Under the pieces are notes generated by a model. That model worked only from the letters and a program-made list of their open reading frames with translations. It was not told the origin of the DNA and did not search any database. 20,000 nt of DNA. Origin: an uncultured virus (IMG/VR IMGVR_UViG_3300023210_000023) (Duplodnaviria; Heunggongvirae; Uroviricota; Caudoviricetes). The stretch is from the IMG/VR virus record IMGVR_UViG_3300023210_000023, one strand, 5' to 3'. A program made the position numbers and the translations under genes. Shown here in pieces: positions 15,910 to 20,000 of this stretch. Numbering within the stretch: position 1 is the stretch's first letter; every line of letters begins with the position of its first letter.

Positions 15910-16275
15910 ATGGCAACATCAACAATCAATGCACACCTCTCATTATCAGGAGCTGGTATGACTACACAATCTTTGAGTGTTTCTAGAACTATTTCTTTAG
16001 TTATTGGTAATCCTACTGTTGAATCTGGTGCAGCGAAAGTTACTACATCATTTGTTGCATTAAGCGCATCAACAGCAGCAGGTGGTTATATGTATGTTAG
16101 AAATACTGAACCTACTACAGCAGCAACTATAGAAATAAGATTTGGAACACAATCAATAGGTATTTTAAGACCAGGAGAGTTCCTGTTTGTACCAATCCCT
16201 GAAGCAGTAGTATCACTTGAGGTAAAAGGTTCTTTAGCTACTACTTGTGAGTATGGTATATGGACTAAAGCATAA
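15910..16275 (+). CDS. Putative structural beta-sandwich protein, paralog 1
   Basis: Rich in Ala/Thr/Ser; YMYVRNT...LRPGEFLFVP...EYG; shares motifs with the next gene. Confidence 0.75.
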   Translation: MATSTINAHLSLSGAGMTTQSLSVSRTISLVIGNPTVESGAAKVTTSFVALSASTAAGGYMYVRNTEPTTAATIEIRFGTQSIGILRPGEFLFVPIPEAVVSLEVKGSLATTCEYGIWTKA

Positions 16276-16301
16276 ATAAATAATAAAAAAAAAATAATAA
16301 A

Positions 16302-16706
16302 ATGGCAACAATTTCAACTAGATTAATCATAACAGGTACTGCTGTAACTTCTGATCCTATTGCTGTAGACTATAATATAAGTAGTAATGTATCAGCACCG
16401 GCTATTGAAACAGGAGGTCTTGATATAGCTGCTAGTGGAAGTGTAACTGTATACAGAACTCCTGCTGCAACTCCAACAAGATCTTTTTTATATTTAAAGA
16501 ATACGGGAACAGTTGGACGGAACTTTATTACAGTTGTACTTACAGGTATAACTTGTGCTGAAGGAGCAGCTGCATCAAAAACAATTGCAAGGTTAGAATT
16601 AGGAGAGTTTATGTATATTCCTGTAGCGCCTGACGTTACAGTAACAGCAGCATCATCTGCGGCTGGAACAGCACGTATAGAATACGGCTACTTCTCAGCA
16701 GCATAA
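16302..16706 (+). CDS. Putative structural beta-sandwich protein, paralog 2
   Basis: FLYLKNT...LELGEFMYIP...EYG; colinear similarity to 15910-16275. Confidence 0.75.
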   Translation: MATISTRLIITGTAVTSDPIAVDYNISSNVSAPAIETGGLDIAASGSVTVYRTPAATPTRSFLYLKNTGTVGRNFITVVLTGITCAEGAAASKTIARLELGEFMYIPVAPDVTVTAASSAAGTARIEYGYFSAA

Positions 16707-16900
16707 TATATATTAGCAAGATATTCAATAGCCCATTCATATGCTTTGAACGGGTTATTGAATTCTTTCTTTTGATCAATATTCCAAGTATCTTTTACTT
16801 TCTTATAAATGGATAGTCTCCATTTTTTTCCATTTTTAGTGGGAACTACAGTAGGCCAATACCCAAGGTCAATTAAAGATTTTATATCAGATCCTTCCAT
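16688..16900 (-). CDS. Hypothetical protein
   Basis: 70 aa, last gene of the minus-strand block; overlaps the convergent gene by 19 nt. Confidence 0.7.
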   Translation of the reverse strand: MEGSDIKSLIDLGYWPTVVPTKNGKKWRLSIYKKVKDTWNIDQKKEFNNPFKAYEWAIEYLANIYYAAEK

Positions 16901-16979
16901 CTCTCTGCCATTGTTTATAAATTAAATATAGAATTGCTGCTAATGCTGCAGCAAATAAAAGTGTGTTTCTTTCTATCAT
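16887..16979 (-). CDS. 30-aa single-TM micro-protein (not in ORF track)
   Basis: MIERNTLLFAAALAAILYLIYKQWQRDGRI*; A-rich leader (AAAAACAAATAATG); stop overlaps the start region of the next gene. Confidence 0.65.
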   Translation of the reverse strand: MIERNTLLFAAALAAILYLIYKQWQRDGRI

Positions 16980-17008
16980 TATTTGTTTTTGAAATTAAAA
17001 AATATACC

Positions 17009-17434
17009 TTATTTATCATTATCTAACTTAGTTTGTAAAGCAGCTAAAGCTCTCCACGCTACCTTGGCAAGATGTAATGCACCATCATCATCATACTCAT
17101 CTGCCTCTAACAGATGTCTCATTAAAGCATCTAGATGATCCACACTCTTTGTTTTGTCCCAATGTAAAGGCTTACCCGGATGGTGTTGCTCATTACCTAT
17201 ACGTGAGATGTTAGATACTTCCATTAAAGCATCAGGAAAGTATTTAATTACTCCCGTGTATACAGGAAAATTTTTTCTACTAACATTCTTCTCTGCTAAA
17301 TCCTGTAGTGAATATGCCTTATTAAACTCTAATCCTTCTGGCACAGACATCATTACTTTTGCTATTGCTGTATGATTCATATTACGTGTAGTATCCCAGT
17401 AATATTTATTTTTATTCTTATTATCTTTACTCAT
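17009..17434 (-). CDS. dATP/dGTP diphosphohydrolase N-terminal domain protein (DUF5664-like)
   Basis: RKNFPVYTGVIKYFPDALMEVS..S..GNEQH...LHW......HLDALMRHL......DDDGALHLAKVAWRALA pattern. Confidence 0.8.
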   Translation of the reverse strand: MSKDNKNKNKYYWDTTRNMNHTAIAKVMMSVPEGLEFNKAYSLQDLAEKNVSRKNFPVYTGVIKYFPDALMEVSNISRIGNEQHHPGKPLHWDKTKSVDHLDALMRHLLEADEYDDDGALHLAKVAWRALAALQTKLDNDK

Positions 17435-17436
17435 AA

Positions 17437-18273
17437 TTACATATCAAAAAAATCTGCTGCATTATTATTAATTTCTATATCTACTTCAACTTGATCAACA
17501 TCAACATCTTGTGGATTTGGTACATCTTGTTGTTTAGTTCCGTGGGCATTTAAAACTTCACTAGTCATAAACTTATGAAACTTAGCTTGGTTTTCCATCC
17601 AGTTTCTTGGATGAGTTAATTTAAATGCATGCGTTATATGATTGTAAAACATCCATGCTGTATCAGATTCTATACCATATTCATATGAAGGCTTATCTAT
17701 TTCAGCTCTAACACAAGACATCTGTTGTGAGTCAAGTAGTTTTTCTTCAACGTATAATCTACCCATAAGCTCAGACTGCTGTGTTATAGATAAAGGAATC
17801 AACTTCATAGCATTTTTATTTGTAATAATTTCTTTAAATGTATTACTAGCTTTACCAATATGTGTTGCAATAGCACCAGATACTTCTGAGTTAGCAGTTC
17901 CTGTATGTTTTCTAGCAAATGTATCAAGATCCCCATGGATCAAACCATTATTGCATACAAACACGTGAGCACCAATTCCACATTGGAACCGAGTGCTTTT
18001 ATCATATGAATTAGTCCAAGCAAACATCATACCTAATTCTTCATCAGATTGTAATGAGTCAGATGTAATATAATATATTCCTTGAGCAACTTTAGCATTC
18101 ATATTAGATCTAAATATTTGCTTTTGTACAGAGAATCCATGCATGTTTAATAGACTTTGTGTGTGGTCTATTACTTCTTTATGTGATACCACAGTATATG
18201 TTTTACCGTGGTTTGGTAAAGGCGCTTGTTCTAAATAAGCTTTTGACGTAAATTTTGGTTTTATATGTCCCAT
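17437..18273 (-). CDS. DUF932/DUF945-like protein
   Basis: TYTVVSHKEVI, NSYDKS...GxxVFVCNNG, RKHT and AWMFYNxIT motifs; acidic C-terminal tail. Confidence 0.72.
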   Translation of the reverse strand: MGHIKPKFTSKAYLEQAPLPNHGKTYTVVSHKEVIDHTQSLLNMHGFSVQKQIFRSNMNAKVAQGIYYITSDSLQSDEELGMMFAWTNSYDKSTRFQCGIGAHVFVCNNGLIHGDLDTFARKHTGTANSEVSGAIATHIGKASNTFKEIITNKNAMKLIPLSITQQSELMGRLYVEEKLLDSQQMSCVRAEIDKPSYEYGIESDTAWMFYNHITHAFKLTHPRNWMENQAKFHKFMTSEVLNAHGTKQQDVPNPQDVDVDQVEVDIEINNNAADFFDM

Positions 18274-18293
18274 GTTTTTTTTTTGTAAAGTTA

Positions 18294-20000
18294 TTAAAAT
18301 AATTCTAATTGGTTGGATGAAACTCCAAGAATGTTGTTGATTTCTTTCTCAATTGCCTGCATGTAATACTTAAGATTAATATCATGTGAATCCCATTCTT
18401 TCTCTTCCATTTTGTTATATACAGTTTGTAGCCACTGCCCAGCTTCTAGTTGAATAATCCTACCATCATTCTTGTTTACCTTAAGCATCTTAACACCTTG
18501 ATTACTAATGTAATATCTATTTATTTTCTGTAGATTTATTACATTTTCTTCACCGTTTACTATAGCATTAGATGTTACTTGCCATCCACCGTTAGTCTTA
18601 CCTCCTATACAATAGTCTAATATATTTTTATTAGTTTTAATATAGTCTTCAGGTAGTACATTGTTGACAAAATATTGATAAATAGCTTTAGGTATAACTA
18701 ATTTGGATTTGTTTTTATGAAGTGCCAAATTTTCAAACTCAAAGCGCCCTTTACATTTAGCTTTATCTTGCATATTAACAGCAATGTAATTGTTTACATC
18801 AGCTAATACAACTTTCTTGTATTGGTCATGCTCAAGATTAAAGTCTGTCAATGCCTCCCATTGCTCACATACTTTAAGATACTTTTCTTTAGCAGCTTTA
18901 GGAATGACTGTTTCTATACCATCTGTATTTTGTAGTAAAGGTATTGCTTCAGGTATAGCTTCCATGATCATTTCATAAAGCATCATAAGTGTCAACTGGC
19001 CATTGATTGTAATCCTCATAGTAAACTCCGGGTCATACAGGAAAGAGTTCTTATCATTAGACAGACCATATGTACTATTAAGTATAATTTTATATACATA
19101 GTTCATAGGATCACTCTTAGGTATTTTCTTTCTTTCTGTAAAGAACCAGTTGTATAGCTTACAAAACTGCTCAGAAGGTAGATGTGCAGGTGACCATCCA
19201 TTAACAATAGCAAGGTTAGGATAAAAACTAGTAACATCTGATGACATTATAATTCTATCTTCATCTTCTTCATACACTCCCGGCCTAGCTGCACCGTGTG
19301 CACCACCTAAACCAAAGTGTGTCTTTACACCCTTATATTTTACAGAGTATTTAAATGCTCCTTTTATATTTGTAGGATCTAGTTCCACTGTTTTAAATCT
19401 ACTTAAAAGCATTTGGAATTCAGGAGTCTTAAAGTTAACATAAGGTAGTATAATATTTTCTAACTTAATAGTTTCCCTATATGTTCTCATTGCTTTAAGG
19501 TCCCTTTTAGGTATATTAAGTTCATCACTTAAGTAATAACTAAACAACTCTTTAGATATACGTGGCTCAGAAGCATTGATAAGGTTAATATCATACTGAC
19601 TAGTGAGGTTCAATCTTAATCCAACTAAACTTTTAGACCTGTTATATATCTCCCCGGTTGCAGCTACGTCATTAATACAATACTCTACTATAGTATCTAA
19701 TTCATCTTGAGTAGTTATAGCTGACTCATGGTGAATTGGCATATCAAGGATATTATCCCAGTCCATAGTATATTCTATCCACTTAAGACTAGAACGTTTA
19801 GCCATGTTATCCCAGTGATTAAGTTTAAATACATCTATCTGAGGTATACGCATTCTCCATTCAGGATATTTCTGAAACTCTCTGTTATTAGATTTAGTTA
19901 TAACAGATTGAGCTTCTTTATATATCATCTCTGCAACTTCAGATGGTTTTATACTCATCAGATAATCAGCATTATCAATAATATAATGTGTTATCTGTGC
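18294..20000 (-). CDS. polB: Family B DNA polymerase (crAss-like type); 5' end lies beyond the window
   Basis: SDVTSFYPN (motif A), KIILNSTYG (motif B), QNTDG (motif C) and YCINDV (Exo III). The frame is open from 20000 (AQITHYIIDNADYLMSIK), so the ATG at 19958 is internal. Confidence 0.92.
   Translation of the reverse strand, partial: AQITHYIIDNADYLMSIKPSEVAEMIYKEAQSVITKSNNREFQKYPEWRMRIPQIDVFKLNHWDNMAKRSSLKWIEYTMDWDNILDMPIHHESAITTQDELDTIVEYCINDVAATGEIYNRSKSLVGLRLNLTSQYDINLINASEPRISKELFSYYLSDELNIPKRDLKAMRTYRETIKLENIILPYVNFKTPEFQMLLSRFKTVELDPTNIKGAFKYSVKYKGVKTHFGLGGAHGAARPGVYEEDEDRIIMSSDVTSFYPNLAIVNGWSPAHLPSEQFCKLYNWFFTERKKIPKSDPMNYVYKIILNSTYGLSNDKNSFLYDPEFTMRITINGQLTLMMLYEMIMEAIPEAIPLLQNTDGIETVIPKAAKEKYLKVCEQWEALTDFNLEHDQYKKVVLADVNNYIAVNMQDKAKCKGRFEFENLALHKNKSKLVIPKAIYQYFVNNVLPEDYIKTNKNILDYCIGGKTNGGWQVTSNAIVNGEENVINLQKINRYYISNQGVKMLKVNKNDGRIIQLEAGQWLQTVYNKMEEKEWDSHDINLKYYMQAIEKEINNILGVSSNQLELF

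Noticed and set aside
17154..18978. Plus-strand ORFs 17154-17375 and 18790-18978
   Set aside because: Antisense to the DUF5664-like and polB genes.
1..20000. Genome-wide TAG-to-Gln or TGA-to-Trp recoding
   Set aside because: All long genes, including the 1961-aa one, are intact under code 11; TAG (2003, 2786, 16688) and TGA (7080, 7451) act as normal stops.

Overview
AT-rich, gene-dense segment of a dsDNA tailed phage genome. It most resembles a crAss-like (Crassvirales-related) phage of an environmental Bacteroidota host: family-B DNA polymerase, C-terminus of a giant crAss-type virion protein, and A-rich leaders without Shine-Dalgarno sites. From left to right the window holds four blocks. 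(1) End of the giant virion protein plus a SET-domain methyltransferase (+). (2) A minus-strand block of class II ribonucleotide reductase, thioredoxin and two GT-A-type glycosyltransferase-like genes. (3) After a divergent promoter region (~4990-5180), a plus-strand structural/lysis-type block with a GT32 glycosyltransferase, a secreted thioredoxin-fold protein lacking CxxC, a 1961-aa Cys-rich repeat/LamG fibre-like protein, a 3TM holin, an HNH-like basic protein and a tandem paralog pair. (4) A minus-strand replication block (PolB, DUF932-like protein, dATP/dGTP diphosphohydrolase-like protein). Manual translation found seven micro-ORFs absent from the ORF track. They include a 27-aa stand-alone CDGSH (NEET-type 2Fe-2S motif) peptide coupled to the holin and a small gene interrupted by a single TAG. 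All family assignments come from motif recognition; no database searches were run.
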